Source of the DNA: an uncultured Poribacteria bacterium
GTDB taxonomy: Bacteria; Poribacteria; WGA-4E; WGA-3G
Direction: 5' to 3'
NCBI GenBank assembly: GCA_958296135.2
Contig: CATQHZ020000001.1
Coordinates: 3,904,001 to 3,968,000 of the forward strand
Length of the DNA stretch: 64,000 nucleotides
In this document: positions 50,072 to 58,461 of the stretch, piece after piece
Position numbering within the stretch: the first letter of the stretch is position 1
How the letters are laid out: each line of letters begins with the position of its first letter
Position numbers and translations under genes: made by a program
Notes under the pieces: generated by a model
Told to the model about the DNA's origin: nothing
What the model saw: the letters and a program-made list of their open reading frames with translations, nothing else
The model's database searches: none

Positions 50072-51403
50072 TTACCTTTCCTCCTGTTGTCTCCGAAGGA
50101 ACCGTGTGACATGCTCAGCGACTTCCGGATCTGACGCTTGTAAACGACGGAGCCCTTCTTCAGCACCATAGCGATTCAAAGTTTGCACCGCACGGTTGAA
50201 ACGCTCGGGCGAAAAGCGCTCGCGAAGCGAGATTTTAAAGCCTTCTTCAGTGGAAAAATCTGGTTGATCAGATTCCCCAGCGGTAACCCGATCTTCAAGT
50301 TCTGCCTCAACAGCGTCGGCGTTTGGCGAAAACTGTCGACTCAATTCAGCCTCAATTTCCGCGTCGCTCATTTCCAAGAACCGATCTAGAGGAATACCTA
50401 TGGATTGCTCGAAGAACCTGTGCATTTCTTCCCACTCGGCATCGTCCAAATCTCTCATTTCGTCCAACAAGTCCGGCCTTGATGCAAGATCTGCTTCAGG
50501 CATTATTGGCTCCGGAGATTCCTGAGAGGATTCAATTGAAGCCCTATCTGACGCTGCATCGGTTGGCTCGGGTTGTTGAAGTGGGGATATTTTCTCTCCA
50601 TCCGCGTTGAGATAAACATCCTCGTATTGGACAGAAACCCGTAATTCCTCGTATTCTGGCGGTGGAGGTTGTGAATCCCAGAGCGGTGTCCTATCCAACG
50701 CCGCCAGATATGCCTGGATAGCCGCTCCAATCTCCGGATTTACGGCATGTGACGATGTTCCAACCCGCAGATCCTCGACAGTTCCATCAGCATGATGGGT
50801 CCGCTGTCTATAGACTGTCAGCATATTGGGATAGAGTTTTGTATACTCACCGGTGATCCGATTTTTCTCTAATCCGATCATGTCGGGATCGGTCTTCATG
50901 AGTTCCTCCGCCATCTCTTGCAACTGAGCTGCATCGCGCTCATGATACAGCAGAAAATAGCGGCGATGTTTCAGGACCGCGAGGATTGCGTCTTTGGCAC
51001 CGCGTGACCGATCCGATGCCTCGACTTCCTCAATAGCCGCGTTGATTTTGTCAAGTTCCTTCTGCCCCTCTTCCTGGTCGGGATGCGAATGCTCAACCTC
51101 ATACGGATACTCTGTGACAAGCTCTGGGTTTTCACGCTGTAAGTCCCGAAGATGCGTTCCCATCAAGTCAAGTTGTTCTTGAGAAAGAGGATTCTGTTTC
51201 TCAAGTTCGATGATGGCGAACGTCGTATCGAAATAAACCTGTTTTTCTTCGGGAGTCAGTTTTCCCGAAAGAGAACGCAGTTTATTGATGTGTATCTGGA
51301 CTTCATCCTGGCCAAGTTGATGCCGGTCGCGAAGGAAAAATATCGCGCAGCCAAGCATCATAATGCACAACACGCCTACTGTGACGATTCTCTTATTTAA
51401 CAC
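50072..51403 (-). CDS. Hypothetical acidic exported/anchored protein
   Basis: GTG start with gggagga RBS; N-terminal TM; long open frame. Confidence 0.7.
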   Translation of the reverse strand: MLNKRIVTVGVLCIMMLGCAIFFLRDRHQLGQDEVQIHINKLRSLSGKLTPEEKQVYFDTTFAIIELEKQNPLSQEQLDLMGTHLRDLQRENPELVTEYPYEVEHSHPDQEEGQKELDKINAAIEEVEASDRSRGAKDAILAVLKHRRYFLLYHERDAAQLQEMAEELMKTDPDMIGLEKNRITGEYTKLYPNMLTVYRQRTHHADGTVEDLRVGTSSHAVNPEIGAAIQAYLAALDRTPLWDSQPPPPEYEELRVSVQYEDVYLNADGEKISPLQQPEPTDAASDRASIESSQESPEPIMPEADLASRPDLLDEMRDLDDAEWEEMHRFFEQSIGIPLDRFLEMSDAEIEAELSRQFSPNADAVEAELEDRVTAGESDQPDFSTEEGFKISLRERFSPERFNRAVQTLNRYGAEEGLRRLQASDPEVAEHVTRFLRRQQEER

Positions 51404-51504
51404 GGTTCTATCCTCCCGTAATAAGATTCCCGGGGGGTAAACCCCTGTCAGTTTTCGCGGGGATGACAAAGACTGACAGGGGTTCGTGAGGAGCCTGACG
51501 CACC

Positions 51505-51932
51505 CTACGGGCTCGCGCAGAATCTCCAATTCGTTTGATCATCCCGATCCGCGATGGAACTGCTAGCATAAGCGTCGCCTTCCCACCGTGGAGTCCCGAG
51601 GTCTACGACTTGCTCTTGCTTATAAGGGTAGAAGCACTGCGTGCTCTCTACGGAGACACCGGCTGGTTTCTCCCTCGGATTGTTGCTACCAACTCTCGCG
51701 TGTAGCGAATAGTCGAGATAGTGCCAATGTGGGACAATCAGGTTAGCACCTGTCGTCATGTGGGACCAAGTAACGGACGCTCTTGCTTCCGTTTGGGAAG
51801 TATACCAAGGGCTTCCAACGGAGCAAGTCGCGTTCACAACTAGCGGCAGTGCCTTGGTTGAAAGGCTAATGATAAAACCGCTAGTCAGGAGCAATCCTAA
51901 AATTAGGATGCTAACGACTCTTTGGTAAACAT
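51505..51932 (-). pseudogene. Secreted hypothetical protein with an apparent 1-nt frameshift just after the start
   Basis: The RBS aaggag and ATG at 51932 are out of frame with the ORF. Adding one A gives the signal peptide MFTKRVVSILILGLLLTSG. Confidence 0.5.
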
Positions 51933-52264
51933 TGAAGTTTTCTCCTTTTTTCCCCTCCCGCTGAAGAACGGAGAGGTCGGAAAGATAAAAATAGAAACCT
52001 TCGCTAGCAACGTTGGGCAGAATCCCCGGATGCGTTTTCATGATGCCCAACGGGATAGTGTCACTGATGCGTTCCGATTGTTACGCGCTACCTGACCTGT
52101 CTTTCACACGCAAACAACTCATGTTCAACTCACTTTTGTGATTTTTGTCAAAATTCAGGCGCAGCAAGGGAGCAACCAGAACTAGGTTGTGTTTAAATTT
52201 TGGCGGGCGGAGAGAGACATCTGTCCTTACCGTTCAGACAGACCCCGTAGGCACGGTTTCAAAC

Positions 52265-52386
52265 CGCGCCTACCGGTGTAGGTGTGACTAGCGTGGCTTT
52301 GCTTTTCATATCTATTTGCTCCTCGTGGGGGTGAGTGTATTTTTTATTTTAACATAACCTCTCTAAAAATGTCCAGTTAATTTTTT
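52265..52386. repeat. 122-bp direct repeat, copy 2 (orphan promoter and first codons)
   Basis: Near-identical to 48056-48177; begins within the REP gtaggcacggtttcaaaccgcgcctac. Confidence 0.9.
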
Positions 52387-52511
52387 AAGGCGGATTCGGT
52401 GAAGGCTCGTAGCAGGGGGGCCAGGACCGGATACCGGCAACCGAGGATAATATGTGATAACACGCCGGCAACTGGAACCGTGCGAGCATCAGTGGATGAT
52501 GAAACAGCCAC

Positions 52512-52540
52512 TTGCGTCGAAAACAGTAATATGATATACT
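52512..52540 (+). promoter_or_regulatory. Sigma-70-like promoter
   Basis: TTGCGT-17nt-TATACT with an extended -10. Confidence 0.55.
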
Positions 52541-52678
52541 AGTTCATGTCAGAATACTTCATCGGGTGTCTCCTGGAATGTTTGGTTTGTTCATGCTAGG
52601 ATACCCCAATTCCTGACAGTTTGCAACAACGATTTATGAAACACCCTCATTCAAATCAACGACAGAGGAGGCATTTCG

Positions 52679-53539
52679 ATGAGAACCTTAGCATGGCTCG
52701 TGCTGCTCTTTTGGCTCAGCGGCGGTGTGTTCGCCGCTGCCGAATACCTGCACGAGGCGCGTGAACCTACCGCGCTGGAGCAAGCGGCGTTCGCGCGCCT
52801 AAAAAATAAGTTTCCCGGTGCGGTGCTGGATGCGAACCTTAGAACCTTCCGTAACCTCGCCGAGAGTCCCGAATATCTCACCTTCCTCGCCGAAGCATAT
52901 CCGGACGCGGCACCGCTGAAGGCGTTTGAGGAGATTATTGACTTTGAGAAGATTATGAACAGGATTTTGCCTCCGAAAGAACGCTACCTCAGCTTCTATC
53001 GGGCGCAGTTCGGGGCGGGAACAGTAGACGAGGTAACGGATGAGGAACATTTCCTCGTCCACTTTGACGTGACGACGAAATGGGTTCGCGAAGCATCTAA
53101 AGCTGGCGGAGAGCTATCGAACGCTGAGCGCACTGATGGGATGAGGCGTATGTCAGGGCGCACTCCTGCTAGACTCATGGGTACATCGGCGGCGAGAGAA
53201 ATGCTGGCACGCCGCTTCGGCATTGACGCAACTATCAAACTCACACAAGCGGAATGGACACCGATTGTCCAGTATTTCAAAATGCCGCTGGGAGAAGTAG
53301 CCGATGCGCACCTCGCCGAGGATGTGCGCTGGATAAAAACCGTCTTTGAGACGTATGGGCAAGCCGATGGAAGTTTGCAGATAGCACTCCAGGATCCGCT
53401 GCTTTTCAATCGAATCGTGTACGCGTTTAACACAGACAAGACGTTCCTGACCTGGGTCTATCCCCCTGTGGATAGGCATCAAAAAGCGCGCTTGCTCCCT
53501 GGATTAAAGCCGAGTGCAAGCCCGCCAAAGGAACGTTAA
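52679..53539 (+). CDS. Secreted hypothetical protein
   Basis: RBS ggagg; signal peptide; 286-aa ORF. Confidence 0.7.
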   Translation: MRTLAWLVLLFWLSGGVFAAAEYLHEAREPTALEQAAFARLKNKFPGAVLDANLRTFRNLAESPEYLTFLAEAYPDAAPLKAFEEIIDFEKIMNRILPPKERYLSFYRAQFGAGTVDEVTDEEHFLVHFDVTTKWVREASKAGGELSNAERTDGMRRMSGRTPARLMGTSAAREMLARRFGIDATIKLTQAEWTPIVQYFKMPLGEVADAHLAEDVRWIKTVFETYGQADGSLQIALQDPLLFNRIVYAFNTDKTFLTWVYPPVDRHQKARLLPGLKPSASPPKER

Positions 53540-53753
53540 CTCTCTAAGCCCCGGCGGACAGATGCACCGCCGCGCGGCGAGTTTCGTCCGCGTGCACGTT
53601 TCACAACGGGCGCGCGGGCAAACCGCACCTACCGGGTTGGCACGGCTCTCAACTTTGCAACTCTTTTGGAGATACCGCACACAACTCAAGGTTCTCGCCA
53701 GCATCAAAACTATCGCGGATATGGAAATCCATCCTTACATTCCGGAATGAGTC

Positions 53754-54797
53754 TTACAGCTTCAATTTGCCCCACACGGTGATGAGCAACCGCGGCTGCG
53801 GCACAACCGGCAATGCCGCCGGATCGAACCAAGCCGCATCAAAATTAGAACCCGCAGCGGTGAGCTGCACCGGGACACCGCCTCCCAAATCGATTTTGAA
53901 AAGGTGCAACTCCTCGCCAATAGTTTGTTGGTAAATCAACTCACTTCCACGGGGAGACCAGGCCGGATCGGACGTTTTCGTGCCATCCAAAACAACAAGC
54001 CGTTTCAACCCGCTACCGTCGCGATTGATGGAATAGAGCGCCGATTGAATATCAGCCGCTTTGCCATCCCCTTTGACGACACCCGCTTGCTTATCGCCTT
54101 TCTTTACCTCCGGGGCATCGCGTGCCTCCCGCGCCTTATCGAGAAGGAAATCGAATATATCTAGCCGCGTGAAGGCGATTTGCGCCCCATCGGGACTCCA
54201 CGCCAAATCCATGGCCATCGCGCCTTCCATCGGCGCGATTGTCTCTTCCTCCCGAGTCTCTACGTTGATAACCCGAATCTCACCTTTCTCCGAAACAAAG
54301 GCGATTTCGGTCCCATCGGGTGCCCAAACAGGGAAACTTCCATCTGCAATACGCTTTTCACCCGTGCCATTAATTGAGGCGATATAGAACTGCGGCACTT
54401 TTTTGTCTTTCTTGCTGCCGCGCACATAGACAATCCGTCTCCCATCGGGTGCCCACGCCGGATGTTGTCTCACGTCCCATTGCCGGAAGACACGCCTGAC
54501 GTTTCGTCCCCGCGCGTCCATGAGATAAAGATCGAGGAAGCCATCCCGGTCGGACGTGAAAAGGATATGCCGTCCTGTCGGAGACCAGGTTGGGTGGTAA
54601 TTGTTTCCATCCAAATGAGTCAAACCTACCGGCTCCGTTCCATCGGGATTCATCAGATAGATGTCCCATGCGCCATCGCGGCTTGAGGAGAACGCGATTT
54701 TGGCAGTTGCCGGGGCCCTGGCGAGACTTACCTCAACGCCGGCGAGCATCAGTATCAAACTGAGCGCGCAAAAATATGAAAAATGCATCCGTTTCAT
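53754..54797 (-). CDS. TolB-like PD40 beta-propeller protein with an LLITVWGKLK tail
   Basis: KIAFSSSRDG; PTWSPTG, PAWAPDG and AWSPDG repeats. Confidence 0.88.
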   Translation of the reverse strand: MKRMHFSYFCALSLILMLAGVEVSLARAPATAKIAFSSSRDGAWDIYLMNPDGTEPVGLTHLDGNNYHPTWSPTGRHILFTSDRDGFLDLYLMDARGRNVRRVFRQWDVRQHPAWAPDGRRIVYVRGSKKDKKVPQFYIASINGTGEKRIADGSFPVWAPDGTEIAFVSEKGEIRVINVETREEETIAPMEGAMAMDLAWSPDGAQIAFTRLDIFDFLLDKAREARDAPEVKKGDKQAGVVKGDGKAADIQSALYSINRDGSGLKRLVVLDGTKTSDPAWSPRGSELIYQQTIGEELHLFKIDLGGGVPVQLTAAGSNFDAAWFDPAALPVVPQPRLLITVWGKLKL

Positions 54798-56104
54798 CGT
54801 TCATTCCTCCTTCGGGGTTCGTTCTCTGTCCTATCAAAAATCAGCAGTGCGTCCGCGGTCGCGCGTCCCTGTTGCTTCGGCATCGGACGAACGCGCCGGT
54901 TGCCGCGGGCTGCCTTTTGGGGTTTCTCTCGTGAGTTAACACTCACTACCTTATCTCGGATGATGAGCATAGAGGAACTGCCGCCGTCAAGATTGAGCGC
55001 ATCTGTCGCCCCCCATTCGGCAAACAATTCCGCGAGGCGCGGCAACGTCACGCCGCGTCTAACCCCGGCATCCACGGCGGTTATCGTTACAAAAAGCAGC
55101 GTGCCATCCACCTTTTTCCCGATAGCGGTGCGCGGGTGCCAGAAACTATGGAACGCTTTGTCAAACCCTTCGGCCTGATACGCTCTCGTGGAAGACGCAA
55201 TACCATCGCGGAGTAACAGCGGTCCGCCGCCGATAATATGTTCGCAACTCTCCCACAGCGCGCTGTCGCCGACGCGTTCCGGAATGACTGTCTCGCGAAT
55301 CTGCACAGCATCTCCAACGGCCAGGTTCGCTAAGAGCACCTCCCGTTTCTTGCCGCTTGCGGAGAGGATGTAGCCATCGGCGGGGATGCGTAGGCTGCCG
55401 GTTCTATCGTAAATGCCAGCAATTTCGCCGTTTTTCACAACTACCTCAACGCCATTGGGCATTGTCAATGTCACGCTGTGGAAGTCGGAACGGTAAAGCA
55501 CCAATTCGTTTCTGCCGCGGCTACGATTGAGGCCATCAACCCGGAACCTCTCGCCGTTCGGGAGGATGAATTCTATTTTCAGGACAATCCTGTCAATGGA
55601 CGTTTCAAGTTTGCCGTTGACAGTTCTGAATCCGATGACAGCTCTACCTTGTTCAGGTTCACTGTGCCATTCGCCATCAATCTTCAGCGCGCCGACAGAT
55701 TCACCGCGGAAGGTGCCTACCATCTCAAAGTAGCCGCCGTTTATGGCGGCGAGTGCTTTGTGCCGCCGCGCCAAAGAACGTAACGTTTCGGTGCCGATGC
55801 CAGCCTCCAAGGCGCGATAAGGACGGATTTCCACTGCAGCCGGTGACATTTCAAGGACGTTCGTCAGCACCCCTCTGTGTTGCATCTGCCGATGCACGAT
55901 GCCGGGCGCGATGCGCTGCGTCACATCGCGCCGGGAGAAATCGAGATAGGAGGTGACATACTGCTTGAGCTGACTGAAGCGCGCGGCACGTCCGGTCCAG
56001 ATACCGAGGACGAAGGTGAGCAAGAAGGCTACCGTCAGCCAGAAGCGTGGATATCGCTTCATGCCATGGAAGCCGCGCCGCATCAAATAGACGATGTCAA
56101 ACAT
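54794..56104 (-). CDS. Phosphodiester glycosidase (NAGPA) family protein
   Basis: AAINGGYF, GGGPLLL, HPRTAIG, ALNLDGGSSS; start uncertain (56104 or 56062). Confidence 0.85.
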   Translation of the reverse strand: MFDIVYLMRRGFHGMKRYPRFWLTVAFLLTFVLGIWTGRAARFSQLKQYVTSYLDFSRRDVTQRIAPGIVHRQMQHRGVLTNVLEMSPAAVEIRPYRALEAGIGTETLRSLARRHKALAAINGGYFEMVGTFRGESVGALKIDGEWHSEPEQGRAVIGFRTVNGKLETSIDRIVLKIEFILPNGERFRVDGLNRSRGRNELVLYRSDFHSVTLTMPNGVEVVVKNGEIAGIYDRTGSLRIPADGYILSASGKKREVLLANLAVGDAVQIRETVIPERVGDSALWESCEHIIGGGPLLLRDGIASSTRAYQAEGFDKAFHSFWHPRTAIGKKVDGTLLFVTITAVDAGVRRGVTLPRLAELFAEWGATDALNLDGGSSSMLIIRDKVVSVNSREKPQKAARGNRRVRPMPKQQGRATADALLIFDRTENEPRRRNER

Positions 56105-56218
56105 GATAATTTGTCGTTGTTCCGTAGGGCGAAGGCCTGTCCCTCGCACTACGGGGGCAGGGTAAGGGTTGCAAGTCTTGACAACGTCAAGACGGCCTGG
56201 TAAAGAGAGTCAGCAGCC

Positions 56219-57637
56219 TCAGTGATGCTCAACGAACGCCTCGCGAAAGACAAAAATTCGTTTCTCCCATGCATCACACGTTGCATACGTGCGTTGCACG
56301 GAGGCACCGATATAATTTGCCGGCGTGCGGAGTGCCGCGCGTTGCGCATCCGTCAGTTTGTCAAGAAACGGCCGGAACGTCTCATCTTCCCAAAGCAGCG
56401 CGGAGAGACTTTTCCCTGTCTCATGTACCTGCGCAATCAACTGGCGGGTGTGCTCATAGGCATCAGGAAATCCGTAATACGCCATCAAAAGATAGATAGG
56501 TTCCGCAATCGTATCCTCCGCGCTGAGGGCTAGGTTCCGGCGCATATTCTCCGCCTTGACATCCATCTCCCCCACGGCGCGCTGCAGCCGGTAGATGGCA
56601 TAATCAAACGCGGTGAACAATTCCGTTAAAAAACGGCTTGAGGCAGAATTCGTCAGGTCGCGCTGATGTTCAAGGATACTGTCCATAAAGACAGTTTGCA
56701 TGCGTGGCACAAACGCCTTCCAGAGACTTTTGACGTTCTCATACGCCTCCGGATTTACCTTGTGCGGCATCGTCGATGAACCGACAAGCTGGGGATTATA
56801 TTTCCTACCTACCTCCGCAATTTCGGTGCGGTAAAGGTGCCGCATATCATCGGCGAAATTGGCAAGCACGGTGTAAGCCGCCGTAATCTGATACGCCAAG
56901 TCCGCTATAAACTCCGGCTCCACACACTGCGTTGACGTGTGTGTATCGGATGGCTTCAAACCGAGCAAGGCAAGGAAATGTGCCTCGATTTGTTCCGGGT
57001 GCTCGTGAATTAGCGCAAGTCCATTAAACGCACCGACTGCGCCTGAAAATTGGCCCCGCAGGTTTTGGGCGGCATCGTGAATCTTCTCAATGCGCGTGCC
57101 GATACGACTGACGTAGAGTGCTACCGTGTAGCCGAAGGTAGTCGGTTCGGCGTGTTGTCCGTGCGTCCTGCCGATTTGCACCGTCGCCGCATGCTCCCGC
57201 GCCAACGCAATAAGCTGCTTCTCGAACGCCACCATATCGGGAATAATAACGTTTTCCGTGAGTTCTTTGAACCGCAAGGCGGTGGCAGTATCAAGTATGT
57301 CGGCGGATGTCGCAAACAGGTGAACATAGGGGCGCGCTTCAGACGAAATCTTTCGCTTGATGACATTCACAAGCGAGCGGATGTTGTGCCGGATGCGCCG
57401 CTGTTCCTCGTAAACCTCTTCTGCCGTGACGAGGGCAACTGCCTGTGCCACTTCATCGGCGCTCTCTGTGGTGCAGACACCGTAGTCTGCGAGGGTGCGC
57501 ACGAGTGCCGCCTCTACTCTCGCCTGATAGGTGACGTAGCCCGCCTCGGAGACGTAAGGCAGAAGCCGTTTCATAAATGCCGTGTCGCCACCATAGTATC
57601 GAAAATCTAGTGGACTAACGGCTTCGTAAAGTTCCAT
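56219..57637 (-). CDS. purB: Adenylosuccinate lyase
   Basis: SPLDFRY, GRTHGQHAEPTTFG, GSSTMPHKVNP, HQRDLTNSA. Confidence 0.93.
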   Translation of the reverse strand: MELYEAVSPLDFRYYGGDTAFMKRLLPYVSEAGYVTYQARVEAALVRTLADYGVCTTESADEVAQAVALVTAEEVYEEQRRIRHNIRSLVNVIKRKISSEARPYVHLFATSADILDTATALRFKELTENVIIPDMVAFEKQLIALAREHAATVQIGRTHGQHAEPTTFGYTVALYVSRIGTRIEKIHDAAQNLRGQFSGAVGAFNGLALIHEHPEQIEAHFLALLGLKPSDTHTSTQCVEPEFIADLAYQITAAYTVLANFADDMRHLYRTEIAEVGRKYNPQLVGSSTMPHKVNPEAYENVKSLWKAFVPRMQTVFMDSILEHQRDLTNSASSRFLTELFTAFDYAIYRLQRAVGEMDVKAENMRRNLALSAEDTIAEPIYLLMAYYGFPDAYEHTRQLIAQVHETGKSLSALLWEDETFRPFLDKLTDAQRAALRTPANYIGASVQRTYATCDAWEKRIFVFREAFVEHH

Positions 57638-57696
57638 AGAAAGTGTTTCTCCATTCTCGGTTTTAATAGCGCACGCGTTGGCTGTGCCGTTTTGGC

Positions 57697-58311
57697 TCAG
57701 GCGTGTCTGCTATCGGTTTCAGTCGCGGCTTCAAAGACTGCATTAAGTGCGCCAAAGAGTTCTGGGAATTTGGCCAGCAAGAAAGGCGTTATGTTTTGCG
57801 TAAAAACATCGCCAGAAAGCCGCCCAAATTCCCACGATTTCCCATCGGTGACAATGCCATATACCGGACAAGCCGCATCGTCATTGATTTTCTGTGCGGC
57901 GACTAATTCGGCGAGACATTGTCCCCAGCCCAGTTCAAAATCGTTCTTCTTCGCCTCTACCATAAGTATTAGCGGGCTTCCGACAACAGTTTTGCCTAAT
58001 TCCGATTTGGTGGAGACGAAGTAATCTGGCGTGCCAGTCAAAATGTCATCGTAAACGATGGATTTCCTTACCCAGAGTGCACAAATATCTGCATACGCCT
58101 TGTAGACTTCCCGTAAGACAGGAAAGATAATTGCCTCTGTCCGGATTGCCTCGGACGTGAAAACATCAAAGTGCTCCTGAGTAAACGCGAGCTCTTCAAG
58201 AAAATGCTCCGACGGTTTTGAAGGTTCCCCCTTGACGAAGTCACTTTCCGAGTAGGTGATTCTGAATTGCTGCTGCACCTCAGAGACTGTTTTGAAATCG
58301 CTAAATGCCAC
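57697..58311 (-). CDS. PD-(D/E)XK nuclease-like hypothetical protein
   Basis: MAFSDFK...GTPDY...VEAKK...GQCLAELVAAQ...YGIVTDG; paralog of 41341..41946. Confidence 0.75.
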   Translation of the reverse strand: MAFSDFKTVSEVQQQFRITYSESDFVKGEPSKPSEHFLEELAFTQEHFDVFTSEAIRTEAIIFPVLREVYKAYADICALWVRKSIVYDDILTGTPDYFVSTKSELGKTVVGSPLILMVEAKKNDFELGWGQCLAELVAAQKINDDAACPVYGIVTDGKSWEFGRLSGDVFTQNITPFLLAKFPELFGALNAVFEAATETDSRHA

Positions 58312-58343
58312 GGGCTTCTCCCTCCTTTTTTCACGCTTTAGAT

Positions 58344-58412
58344 ATTATACCATATTTCGCGGCAATGTCAAAATAAAAAAGATTTGACATCTAGTCCCAA
58401 ATATGGTATCAT
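58344..58412. promoter_or_regulatory. Divergent sigma-70-like promoters
   Basis: Minus strand TTGACA-16nt-TATAAT (58371-58344); plus strand TTGACA-17nt-TATCAT (58384-58412). Confidence 0.65.
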
Positions 58413-58461
58413 AATTAATAAATACAATTTTTCGTTTCTAAAAAAACGAGAGGGATTTCGC

